A DNA stretch of 64,000 nt from an uncultured bacterium. GTDB taxonomy: Bacteria > Krumholzibacteriota > Krumholzibacteriia > Krumholzibacteriales > Krumholzibacteriaceae. The stretch lies in assembly GCA_963813815.1 (NCBI GenBank), contig CAWFAD010000011.1:64001-128000 (forward strand). Reading direction: 5' to 3'. Below the pieces are notes generated by a model. It made no database searches, was not told the origin of the DNA, and saw only the letters and a program-made list of their open reading frames with translations. Of this stretch, positions 1-8,692 are shown one piece after another (within the stretch, counting starts at the first letter, position 1; every line of letters begins with the position of its first letter). The position numbers and the translations under genes are program-made.

Positions 1-1
1 G

Positions 2-778
2 TTTGCTCCCGGGACCATCGTGTGGGAAGGGGTCGAGCTGCTCGAGGCGAGCGCCATATTCGCGGAGTGTTCGGTATTCAACTGGCCGCAGGCGCTCCTT
101 CCCTTCGAAAACGATTCCAGTGGGCTCGCGTATAAGGAATGGGCCATCTTCCAGCGGGAGGCGCGTTCGCTCGTCGTATCCTCGCTCTGGGCGGCGGGGA
201 GGGAGCGCCCGATGATAAACCCGCCGTCCGCGGCTCACCTCGCTCTCTCGCCCTCGATAGCGCTCGATTATCTGAAGCAAGCGGGGATCCAGGTCCATCC
301 GTGGAGCGTCGAATCGGCTCCGCCGGATGAAGGGGCGGGAGCGGGGTTGGTTCTCGATGTCTGCGGGCGCGAGCGCTGGCATTCCCCGCGCCGGCCGCCG
401 GCCGGCGACCCGGCTCTCGTGCTCGAGCCGCACGATAATGAGGTCGTGACCTTCATGGTCGCGGGCGGCTCGGTCCTCGGAGCGCTTCGCTACGCGCGAG
501 GGGAATCGTGGGCGAAACGGCAGACGGGATCGATCGGGGCGGATGAGCCCGGGCTCACGATCGATCTCGCGCCTTTTTCCGAAGCGGCCGACCTCGCGAA
601 ACGCTCGACCGAAGCGCTCGGGCTCGTTTTCGCGGCGGTATCCGTTCGCGCGGGCGCTCATCCCCCCTCGGTCATGCTCGTCGAGGCGAGCCCCGATCTC
701 GAATCATGGAACGCGAAACTCGCGGGGCGCGTCGCGCGCTCCCTCGCCGATTGTCTCGTCGCCGCGGCCAGCTCCTGA
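2..778 (+). CDS. Degenerate RimK-like ATP-grasp-fold protein, probably 5'-truncated by the window edge
   Basis: Frame is open from base 2. MINPPSAAHLALSPSIALDYLKQAGIQVHP, EAADLAKRSTEALGLVFAAVSV and VMLVEASP align by eye with RimK-family segments, but the Lys, Asp and ExN ligands are absent. Confidence 0.6.
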   Translation, partial: FAPGTIVWEGVELLEASAIFAECSVFNWPQALLPFENDSSGLAYKEWAIFQREARSLVVSSLWAAGRERPMINPPSAAHLALSPSIALDYLKQAGIQVHPWSVESAPPDEGAGAGLVLDVCGRERWHSPRRPPAGDPALVLEPHDNEVVTFMVAGGSVLGALRYARGESWAKRQTGSIGADEPGLTIDLAPFSEAADLAKRSTEALGLVFAAVSVRAGAHPPSVMLVEASPDLESWNAKLAGRVARSLADCLVAAASS

Positions 779-810
779 GCCGGGGCCCCGAAGCAAAGGA
801 GTCGGATTCG

Positions 811-2175
811 ATGAAAGCGTCGCGCTACAATAAGCTCTTCCAGGCTTCGAACGGCGCGTGGCTCGCCTTCAACGGGTGGACCACCTCGCTCGCCGAGATC
901 GAGCCGGAGCAGCTCGAGTTCTTCAGGGCCCTTCTCGCCGATCCCGACCATGTTCCGTGCGACACGGCCGAGAAACGCGATATGCGCGAGGCGATGATCG
1001 AGGCTAATTTTCTCATCGAGGACGGCATGGACGAGCTCAGCGCGACCAAGGTCGACAGCATGCGCGACCGGTTCGGCGGAGATTACCTGTATCTCACGAT
1101 AGCGCCGACCCTCAACTGCAACTTCCGGTGCGATTACTGCTACGAGGAGCACCTCAAGATCACGATGCCGAAGGCGATCGAGGCCGCGCTCCTGCGGTGG
1201 ACCGAGGAGCGCACGAAGGGGTTGAGCGAGCTTCATATCACCTGGTACGGGGGGGAGCCGCTTCTGCCCGGCGCTTACGATGCGGTGGAGCGCCTTTCCG
1301 GGGCGTTCCAGAAGCTGGCGGGAGAGCGGGGGATGAAGTACGGCGCTCATCTCGTCACGAACGCGTACCTCCTCGATAGGCCGAAGATGGAGTCGCTCGT
1401 CCGGCTCGGCGTCAATCTCGTGCAGGTGACGCTCGACGGCCCTCCCGCGATTCACGACGCGCGCCGGCATCTCGCCGGCGGACAGGGGACCTTCGCGAAG
1501 ATCGTCGAGAACGTCAAGAGCACGGTCGATCTCGCGGAGTTTCAGCTCAGGATCAACGTCGACCGGCGCAACGCGCTCTCCGCGCTCGAGGTCATCGAGA
1601 TTCTCGATGGAGAGGGGCTCACGGGGAAGATCCGTCCCTATCTCGCGCAGGTGATCTCCGGCGGCGGGACGTGCGGCAACATCAACGAGAGCTATTTCTC
1701 GAGCGAGGAATTCGCGGCGATGGAGATAGGGATCTACCGCGAAGCGGCGGCGAGGGGGCTCCGCATCATGCGCTACCCGTTCAGGCATCCCGGGGGTTTC
1801 TGCACGGCGGACCGCGCGAACGCCTACGTCGTCTCGCCGAACGGCTCGCTCTTCAAATGCTGGAACGACGTCACCATGAATCCCGACCGATCCGTGGGCT
1901 CGATCCTCGACGAGCAGGAGCCGTATCAGAAGCGCAACGAGGATCGCTGGCTCGCCTGGGATTCTCTCGAGAAAAAGGGGTGTCGCTCCTGCGAGATCCT
2001 CCCGATGTGCCACGGTGGATGCCCGATGACGGCGCTCGAGCATCCGGAGCGGGATCGAGGCGCGTGCGACCACTATAAGTTCCACCTCGAGCAGCTTCTC
2101 GAGCTCAAGTATCTCGCGCAGGCGGGCGGCGTCGAAGCGGGCGACGAATCTCCGAAGAGGAGGTGCGGCGGGTGA
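811..2175 (+). CDS. Radical SAM/SPASM-domain protein (peptide-maturase-like) with putative N-terminal RRE
   Basis: CNFRCDYC (CxxxCxxC), WYGGEPLL and QVTLDG; SPASM cysteines FCTAD...LFKC...CRSCEILPMCHGGCP...C. AAGGAG RBS precedes ATG 811. Confidence 0.92.
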   Translation: MKASRYNKLFQASNGAWLAFNGWTTSLAEIEPEQLEFFRALLADPDHVPCDTAEKRDMREAMIEANFLIEDGMDELSATKVDSMRDRFGGDYLYLTIAPTLNCNFRCDYCYEEHLKITMPKAIEAALLRWTEERTKGLSELHITWYGGEPLLPGAYDAVERLSGAFQKLAGERGMKYGAHLVTNAYLLDRPKMESLVRLGVNLVQVTLDGPPAIHDARRHLAGGQGTFAKIVENVKSTVDLAEFQLRINVDRRNALSALEVIEILDGEGLTGKIRPYLAQVISGGGTCGNINESYFSSEEFAAMEIGIYREAAARGLRIMRYPFRHPGGFCTADRANAYVVSPNGSLFKCWNDVTMNPDRSVGSILDEQEPYQKRNEDRWLAWDSLEKKGCRSCEILPMCHGGCPMTALEHPERDRGACDHYKFHLEQLLELKYLAQAGGVEAGDESPKRRCGG

Positions 2176-3113
2176 CGCGCGTCGGAATCATCGGCCCCGG
2201 CGACCGCGAGGAGATGACCCGGCTCGCGATCCGTATCGAGGAGCGCGGCGCCGAGGCGGCTATTCTCGACAGCCGGGTGAATTCCTCTCTGCGGGTGGCG
2301 CCGGGGGAGGAGAGCCTCTGCGGCGTGCCGCTCGCGGAATTCACCGCCTTTTACGTCGCCGACCTCGGGCTGCCGAGCCCCGTCGCGCGCGGGCCGGACG
2401 GAGAGGTCGACAGAGCCGCGAGCGAGCGAGCGCTCGCCCATTCGCGGCGCCGCCTCGCGGCGTGGGACGCGCTCCTCGCCCGTCTCGAATTGCGCTGCAC
2501 GGTCGTCAATCCATACCGCACGCACGACATTCACGCCCTGAAGCCGCACGAGGCGGAGGCGTACATCCGGCTCGGCCTGCCGGTGCCGTATGCTCGCGCG
2601 ACCTCGGACGCCGAGGCGCTGCTCGCTTTGCCGGAGGTTTCATCGGCGTCGTGGATTCGCAAGGGAATGGTGGGGGGGAGCGATTACACGGAGGCGTACG
2701 TTCCGCCGCTCTCTCTCGAGGAGGCGCGGACGAGGCTCCGGCTCGGGCCCATCATGGTGCAGGAGAGGATAGAAGGGGATAATCTGCGCGCCTTCGTGCT
2801 CGACGGCGCCATGATCGGCGCCGCCGAGGTCATCAGTCACTCGGGCTCCGAGACGGACACACGCCGGGGCAGAATCAGGGTGCGGCGGGTCGATTTGCCC
2901 GAGGAGGCCTCGCGCGCGGCGGTGGCCGCCGCCGCCTGCTGGGGCATGTCCTTCGGGGCCGTCGACTTCATGATCGATGCGCGCAGCGGACGATACTGCA
3001 TTCTCGAGTGCAACTCGGCCCCCTTCTTCGTGAACTTCGAGCGCATGTCCGGCCATCCGATCGCGAGCCGGCTCGCCGAATACCTCTGTCGCAGGCGGCC
3101 GGGCGCTGCATAG
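2172..3113 (+). CDS. RimK/LysX-like ATP-grasp ligase
   Basis: ALKP, WIRKGMVGG, VQERIEG, LRAFV, GAVDFM and ILECNSAP (intact ExN). GTGA overlap with the rSAM stop. Confidence 0.85.
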   Translation: MTRVGIIGPGDREEMTRLAIRIEERGAEAAILDSRVNSSLRVAPGEESLCGVPLAEFTAFYVADLGLPSPVARGPDGEVDRAASERALAHSRRRLAAWDALLARLELRCTVVNPYRTHDIHALKPHEAEAYIRLGLPVPYARATSDAEALLALPEVSSASWIRKGMVGGSDYTEAYVPPLSLEEARTRLRLGPIMVQERIEGDNLRAFVLDGAMIGAAEVISHSGSETDTRRGRIRVRRVDLPEEASRAAVAAAACWGMSFGAVDFMIDARSGRYCILECNSAPFFVNFERMSGHPIASRLAEYLCRRRPGAA

Positions 3114-3131
3114 ACGGCGCGCCGTCGAGAG

Positions 3132-3932
3132 GTGAGGATCGTGAACGAACCTCGATCGATGTTCGAGACGCCTCTTCTGCAGAGGATATACGATCACATC
3201 CGCGAGGAGCGGGATCCCGGGTTTTCGTTCTTCTCCGGCGAGACGATCCCGTGGGCCGGCCCCGTCGCCTCTCTCGCCGACACGCGGGTCGCGATCGTCT
3301 CGTCGGGCGCATTTCACGAGAAGGGGGACGCGCCGTTCGAATGCCTCGAGTCGCTCTTCGGGGATACGAGCTTTCGCGTGATTCCGCACGGGAGCGGGAA
3401 CGTCGATCTCGATGCTCCATACGTCGATCAGAAATACGCCGTGCACGACCTCGAGGTGGCGCTTCCCATGAAGGCGCTCGACGGGCTTCACGCGGAGCGG
3501 CGCATCGGGCCGCCTGCGCCGCGGCATTTCAGCTTCTGCGGCGGCATCGTGCACCCTCTGCCCGGACTTCACGAGAGCGCGGCGCGGGTGGAGAGGATTC
3601 TCCGCGAGGACGGCGCGGGGGCCGTCGTGCTGCTCCCGACCTGCTCGCTCTGCGTGCAGACGATCTCCGTCGTGGCGCGCGAGCTCGAGTCACTCGGCAT
3701 TCGCACGGTGGCCGTTTCGCTCATCCCGGAGCTCTCGCGGATCGTCGGGACGCCGCGGACCGTGAGCGTGCACTTTCCGTTCGGGGCCCCGTGCGGCAAT
3801 CCGGGGCACGCGGAGCTGCACCGGGCGGTCTTGCTCGAGGCGCTCTCGATGCTCGAGGACGCGCGCGAGCCGGGAGAGGTCCGCGCGTCGAACAACGCTT
3901 GGCGCAAATCGCCGGCCGGCCCGGAGGCATGA
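3132..3932 (+). CDS. GrdB/PrdB-family (glycine/proline reductase B-like) protein, Cys variant
   Basis: RVAIVSSG, GDTSFRVIP, VALP...RIG...HFSF, AVVLLPTCSLC (CxxC at the UxxC position), ARELESLGIRTV, FPFGAPCGNP. No in-frame TGA. Confidence 0.8.
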   Translation: MRIVNEPRSMFETPLLQRIYDHIREERDPGFSFFSGETIPWAGPVASLADTRVAIVSSGAFHEKGDAPFECLESLFGDTSFRVIPHGSGNVDLDAPYVDQKYAVHDLEVALPMKALDGLHAERRIGPPAPRHFSFCGGIVHPLPGLHESAARVERILREDGAGAVVLLPTCSLCVQTISVVARELESLGIRTVAVSLIPELSRIVGTPRTVSVHFPFGAPCGNPGHAELHRAVLLEALSMLEDAREPGEVRASNNAWRKSPAGPEA

Positions 3933-3962
3933 GCCGGCGGCGTCCGCGAAGGAGGCTCCGGT

Positions 3963-4520
3963 ATGGCGCTCAAGGTGCTGGGGATAGCGGGAAGCCTGCG
4001 AAAGGGCTCGTACAACCGGGCGCTGCTCAGGGCCGCGGTCGAGCTCGCCCCGGAGGGAATGACGATCGAGATAGCCGAGATCGACGGGATCCCCCCCTTC
4101 AACGAGGACCTCGAGAAGCAGGGGATGCCGCCCGCGGTCGCGGAGCTCAGGCGGCGCGCGGCGGAGGCCGGCGCCCTGCTCATCGCGACCCCGGAGTACA
4201 ACCACTCGGTTCCGGGCGTTCTCAAGAACGCCATCGACTGGCTCTCGAGAGGCTCCGACCAGCCGCTCGACGGAAAACCCGCCGCGATCATGGGCGCTTC
4301 GACCGGTATGATCGGCACGGCCCGCGCTCAGGTGCATCTGCGGGATCTGGCGGTCACGGTGAACATGGCCGTGCTCGCCCAGCCGGAGGTGCTCGTCGCG
4401 CGCGCCGGAGAGCGGTTCGACGGGCGCCCCGAGCTCACGGATGAGCCGACGAGGCGGCGCGTACGGGCGCTGCTCGAGGCCCTGCGGGTCTGGGCGACGG
4501 CTCTCGGGGAACGGAAATAG
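3963..4520 (+). CDS. NADPH-dependent FMN reductase (SsuE/ChrR flavodoxin-like family)
   Basis: GSLRKGSYN, TPEYNHSVPGVLKNAIDWLS and GKPAAIMGAS. AGGAGG RBS. Confidence 0.92.
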   Translation: MALKVLGIAGSLRKGSYNRALLRAAVELAPEGMTIEIAEIDGIPPFNEDLEKQGMPPAVAELRRRAAEAGALLIATPEYNHSVPGVLKNAIDWLSRGSDQPLDGKPAAIMGASTGMIGTARAQVHLRDLAVTVNMAVLAQPEVLVARAGERFDGRPELTDEPTRRRVRALLEALRVWATALGERK

Positions 4521-4585
4521 CCGGGAAACGGCGGCATTTCTTCATTTCACAAGTAGTTTGCTCCCGGGTCGCCCCCCTTTTACAT

Positions 4586-4615
4586 TTGATATGGAAACGC
4601 CCCCTGTGATAGCAT
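4586..4615 (+). promoter_or_regulatory. Sigma70-like promoter of the bamA-lpx operon
   Basis: TTGATA-18 bp-TAGCAT with TG extended -10, about 40 bp before the bamA ATG. Confidence 0.5.
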
Positions 4616-4652
4616 TCGCCGAGCTTTGGGAGGAAGTGGAGGAATTTGCGTA

Positions 4653-6974
4653 ATGAAGCATAGATTTGCCGTTGCCGCGGCGCTCGCGGCGGCCATCCTC
4701 GGGGCGTCGGGAGCCCTTGCGCAGGGGCCCGGTTCGGTCGTGCCGGGGGCCGCCCCCGGGCAGCAGCGAGCCGCGGCGGCGGGGGCCGTCATCAGCCGCA
4801 TCGAGATCACGGGGAACCATTTCGTGTCGCGGCAGAACATTCTCCAGATATTTGGAATCCGGGCGGGGGACGAGGTGCGGGAGGAACGCGTCAGCGAGGC
4901 CATCAGGCGGCTCGTGCAGACGAAGAACTTCGCGGATGTGTCGGTTTCGGCCCGGACGTCGGGGGACAGCCTCATCGTCGTGCTGGCCGTGGAGGAGTAC
5001 CCTCGCGTCAAGGAGATCCGCGTTCAAGGGACCGACAAGGTCAAGCGCGAGGACATCGAAGGGAAAATCCTGCTCAAGGAGGGATACTTCGCGCGCCCCG
5101 CCCTCTTCTCGCAGGACGTCGCCGCGATCAAGGCGCTCTACGCGGAGAAGGGGTACAACAACGCCTCCGTCGAAGTGAAGAAGATCGCGGTCGGCGACGC
5201 GCACAACGTCGTCGTCGCGTACGCGATCGCCGAGGGGAAGAAGATCAAGATCAGACACATCGACTTTCTCGGCGTGGGGTCCATCGAATCGCCCGAGCTT
5301 CGCAAGATGATAGAGACGAAGGAATCAAGGTGGTGGCGGGGCGGAGAGCTCAAGCCCGCGACCCTCGACGCGGATCTCAAGCTCATCAAGGAGTTCTACG
5401 GCACGCGCGGCTACCTCGACGCCGAAGTCTCGGTAGCGAAACAGGAGCAGTCGGGCGACGGCAAGCATCTCGATCTCTACATTCGGGTCGACGAGGGGCC
5501 GCAGTACCGTCTCGGCGCTCTCACGTGGTCGGGCAACACGATCGTCAAGGACGAGGAGATACGGAGCTTCGTTCACATCGAGAAGGGGGATCCGTTCGCG
5601 ACGGACCGGATCGAGATGCTGCAGTACGACATCAACGGCAAGTACTGGGAGCAGGGATACATCTACAGCCGCGTTATCCCGGTGCGGCGCGTCCGCAACC
5701 GGCGGATCGATCTCGCACTCCGCATCGAGGAGGGGAATCCCGCTTCGATCAAGGAGATCAAGATCTCGGGCAACACGAAGACCTTCGAGACCGTTATCCG
5801 GCGCGAGCTCAAGACGTATCCGGGCGACCGGTTCATCCTCACCGACGTGCAGCGGAGCCTCCGGGAAATCGTGGCCCTCGGCTACTTCAGCGGGCCGCCG
5901 AAGATCAATACGGAGCAGGTGAACGAGCAGGGGGACATCAACCTGCTCATTGCCGTCGAGGAAAAGCAGACGGGCAACTTCCGTTTCGGAGCGGGATTCT
6001 CGCAGCTCAACTCGCTTTCGGGCTTCTTCGGGGTTCAGGAGAACAACCTCTTCGGGCGCGGCAAGGGCGTCTCCCTCGACTGGGAGTTCGGCAGGTACCG
6101 CGAGAGCTTCAATTTTCAGTACACGGAGCCGTACTTCCGGGGCACGCAGAACACCGTGGCGTTCTCGCTGTACAACTGGATTCAGGACCGAGTGCAGCAG
6201 CAGTATTACACCGACCGCCGCAAGGGCGCCTCGCTCTCGCTCGGACGTCCGGTCCCGTGGCTCGATTACACGCGCCTCTACTCGAGCTACCGCCTCGAGC
6301 AGGTGGAGCTTTCCAACTTCTCGACCCTCTATCCCGACATGGGCGCCCTCCGGGGCGTCGAATGGCCGCAGGTGAAGAGCAGCGTGCTGCTGAGCCTCAC
6401 GCGCAACTCGACCGACAACCCCTCGCACCCGACGAAGGGATCGGTGAACACGCTCAGCGCCGAGTTCTGCGGCGGCGTGCTCCAGGGGAACGTGAAGTAC
6501 ATGCGCTTCATGGCCGAAACGTCGTGGTTCCGCACGCTCTTCTGGAAATTCACCCTCCACATGAATATGGAGCTCGGCGCGATCGACGGATACCGGAACC
6601 CCGACGAGGTGCAGGATTACGAGAAGTTCCGGCTCGGCGGCAACCGCCGCTACGCGCTCCGCGGCTACGATTACTACGAGGTCGTTCCCGAGGGGAACGA
6701 CGCGTACGTCGGCGGGCGTTTCATGGCGAGCTTCACCCACGAGCTGCTCTTTCCGTTCACCGACGCCGTGTACGGCCTCCTGTTCTTCGACGCCGGAAAC
6801 ACGTGGAACAGTTTCGGCACGGCCGACCTTTTCAACCTGCGGCGCGGGCTCGGGCTCGGCATTCGGATCGAGATGCCCGCGATCGGCAATCTCGGCTTCG
6901 ATTACGGCTACGGCTACGACAAGGTCGGCGGGCCCGCCTGGGAGCCGCATTTCACCTTCGGCACGATGTTCTAA
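4653..6974 (+). CDS. bamA: Outer membrane protein assembly factor BamA
   Basis: Signal peptide, POTRA repeats (IEITGN, GNTKTFETVIRREL), QENNLFGRG, LRGY, FFDAGNTW and C-terminal Phe. Lies upstream of skp-lpxD. Confidence 0.96.
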   Translation: MKHRFAVAAALAAAILGASGALAQGPGSVVPGAAPGQQRAAAAGAVISRIEITGNHFVSRQNILQIFGIRAGDEVREERVSEAIRRLVQTKNFADVSVSARTSGDSLIVVLAVEEYPRVKEIRVQGTDKVKREDIEGKILLKEGYFARPALFSQDVAAIKALYAEKGYNNASVEVKKIAVGDAHNVVVAYAIAEGKKIKIRHIDFLGVGSIESPELRKMIETKESRWWRGGELKPATLDADLKLIKEFYGTRGYLDAEVSVAKQEQSGDGKHLDLYIRVDEGPQYRLGALTWSGNTIVKDEEIRSFVHIEKGDPFATDRIEMLQYDINGKYWEQGYIYSRVIPVRRVRNRRIDLALRIEEGNPASIKEIKISGNTKTFETVIRRELKTYPGDRFILTDVQRSLREIVALGYFSGPPKINTEQVNEQGDINLLIAVEEKQTGNFRFGAGFSQLNSLSGFFGVQENNLFGRGKGVSLDWEFGRYRESFNFQYTEPYFRGTQNTVAFSLYNWIQDRVQQQYYTDRRKGASLSLGRPVPWLDYTRLYSSYRLEQVELSNFSTLYPDMGALRGVEWPQVKSSVLLSLTRNSTDNPSHPTKGSVNTLSAEFCGGVLQGNVKYMRFMAETSWFRTLFWKFTLHMNMELGAIDGYRNPDEVQDYEKFRLGGNRRYALRGYDYYEVVPEGNDAYVGGRFMASFTHELLFPFTDAVYGLLFFDAGNTWNSFGTADLFNLRRGLGLGIRIEMPAIGNLGFDYGYGYDKVGGPAWEPHFTFGTMF

Positions 6975-7047
6975 AAAGTGGTTTCACCGGGAGGGAAAAG
7001 TACTATATTTGGTTAATTTCCCGTTCGCCTAAAAGGAGGATGTTCAC

Positions 7048-7590
7048 ATGAAGCGTATGGCGGCCCTGGTTCTCGCGAGTTTCGTCGCTGCTCAGATTGC
7101 CCCGGTGGCGCTCCGCGCCGAAGAGGTCAAGATCGGATACATCGACACGGTGAAGATATTCGCCGAGTACAAGGAAACGGTCGACGCAGAGGCAATCTAC
7201 AAGAAAGAGGTCGACGGCTGGAAGAAGAAGCAGTCCGACCTCGAGGCCGAGCTCGCGAAGCTGCGCGAGGAGATCCAGAGCCAGAGCCTCATGCTGAGCG
7301 AGGAGAAGCTCGCCGAGAAGAAGCAGACCTTCGACCGCAAGGCGCAGGAATACCAGAAGTTCATGAACGACACCTTCGGCGACGAGGGGATCGCGGCCAA
7401 GAGGAACAAGGAGCTCACCGCCCCGATCGTCGAAAAGATAAACGCCGTCATCGCGAAGCTGGCCGAGGACGAGGGGTATTCGATCGTGTTCGACGCGGCG
7501 CAGGGCAACATCATATACGCGAAGAAGACGCTCGATCTCACCGAACGCGTGACGAAGCTCCTCGACGAGCAGCTGCAGAAGGCCCAGTAG
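7048..7590 (+). CDS. skp: Skp/OmpH periplasmic chaperone
   Basis: Signal peptide, KIGYID, coiled coil, GYSIVFD and DLTERV. Canonical synteny. Confidence 0.93.
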   Translation: MKRMAALVLASFVAAQIAPVALRAEEVKIGYIDTVKIFAEYKETVDAEAIYKKEVDGWKKKQSDLEAELAKLREEIQSQSLMLSEEKLAEKKQTFDRKAQEYQKFMNDTFGDEGIAAKRNKELTAPIVEKINAVIAKLAEDEGYSIVFDAAQGNIIYAKKTLDLTERVTKLLDEQLQKAQ

Positions 7591-7660
7591 CATTCGTTCG
7601 GGCGGCCCGCGTGCCGGCCGCGCATCGCGGCGGCGCGGGTGAAGGAAGGGATTCAGTAAG

Positions 7661-8692
7661 ATGGCCTCATATTCGTTGACCGAGCTCGCGCGGCTCGTCG
7701 GTGGCGAGGTCATTGGCGATGCCTCCGTCGTGATCACCGGGGTCGCGGGGATCAAGGAGGCCCACGGCGGGGATATCACCTTCCTGGCGAACCCGAAGTA
7801 CGAGTCGTACCTCGCGACGACGCACGCCTCGGCCGTCATCGCCGAGCGCAACGGCGACTCGCCGAAGCCCATCATCCGGGTCGCGAATCCGTATCTGGCG
7901 TTTCTCAAGGTTATGTCGCTCTTCAGCGGCGAGACGCCGGGCCAGCGCCAGCGCGGCATCCATCCGACGGCCATCGTGGCGGAGAGCGCCTCGGTGGGAA
8001 CGGACGTCTCGATCGGCGCCTACTGTTTCATCGGCGAGAACGCGCGCGTCGGCGACCGGACGACCATTCTCCCGCTCGTCTGCGTGTGCGACGACTCCGC
8101 GATCGGGCAGGATTGCCTCGTGTACCCGCACGTGACGATCCGCGAGCGGTGCGAGATCGGCGATCGCGTGATCATCCACGCCGGCACGGTCGTCGGATCG
8201 GACGGTTTCGGATACGCCAAGGACGGCGAGGCCAACCGGAAAATCCCCCAGATCGGCATCGTCAAGATCGAGGACGACGTCGAGATCGGCGCCAACACGA
8301 CGATCGACCGGGCGACGACCGAGGTCACGCTCATTCGGCGAGGGGCCAAGATCGACAACCTCGTTCAGATCGCGCACAACGTCGTCATCGGCGAACACTC
8401 CATTCTCGCCGCGCAGGTGGGGGTATCGGGCAGTACGCAGATCGGCAAGAACGTGATGCTCGCCGGGCAGGCCGGCCTCGTCGGCCACATTCAGATCGGC
8501 GACAACGTGATGGTGGGAGCTCAGGGCGGCGTAACGAAATCGGTGCCGGCCAACACGAAGGTGTCCGGATACCCGGCGCGCGAGCACTCCTGCGCGCGGA
8601 AGATCTACGCCCTCTGGGCCCGTCTCCCTGAGCTGTTTCGCGAGGTCAAGAATCTCGTGAAGCGCGTCGAGGAGCTCGAAAAGAGGAAATAG
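7661..8692 (+). CDS. lpxD: UDP-3-O-acylglucosamine N-acyltransferase LpxD
   Basis: ITFLANPKY, hexapeptide repeats, GSDGFGY, EIGANTTIDR, KIDNLVQIAHN. Confidence 0.96.
   Translation: MASYSLTELARLVGGEVIGDASVVITGVAGIKEAHGGDITFLANPKYESYLATTHASAVIAERNGDSPKPIIRVANPYLAFLKVMSLFSGETPGQRQRGIHPTAIVAESASVGTDVSIGAYCFIGENARVGDRTTILPLVCVCDDSAIGQDCLVYPHVTIRERCEIGDRVIIHAGTVVGSDGFGYAKDGEANRKIPQIGIVKIEDDVEIGANTTIDRATTEVTLIRRGAKIDNLVQIAHNVVIGEHSILAAQVGVSGSTQIGKNVMLAGQAGLVGHIQIGDNVMVGAQGGVTKSVPANTKVSGYPAREHSCARKIYALWARLPELFREVKNLVKRVEELEKRK

Noticed and set aside
3132..3932. Selenocysteine recoding in the GrdB-like gene
   Set aside because: The relevant codons are TGC, and there is no in-frame TGA before the stop.
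1..4568. 13-bp repeat GTTTGCTCCCGGG at 1-13 and 4556-4568, bracketing the rSAM cluster like att sites
   Set aside because: Matches of this length are expected by chance in 64 kb. The first copy is inside a coding frame at an arbitrary window edge, and there is no integrase or tRNA.
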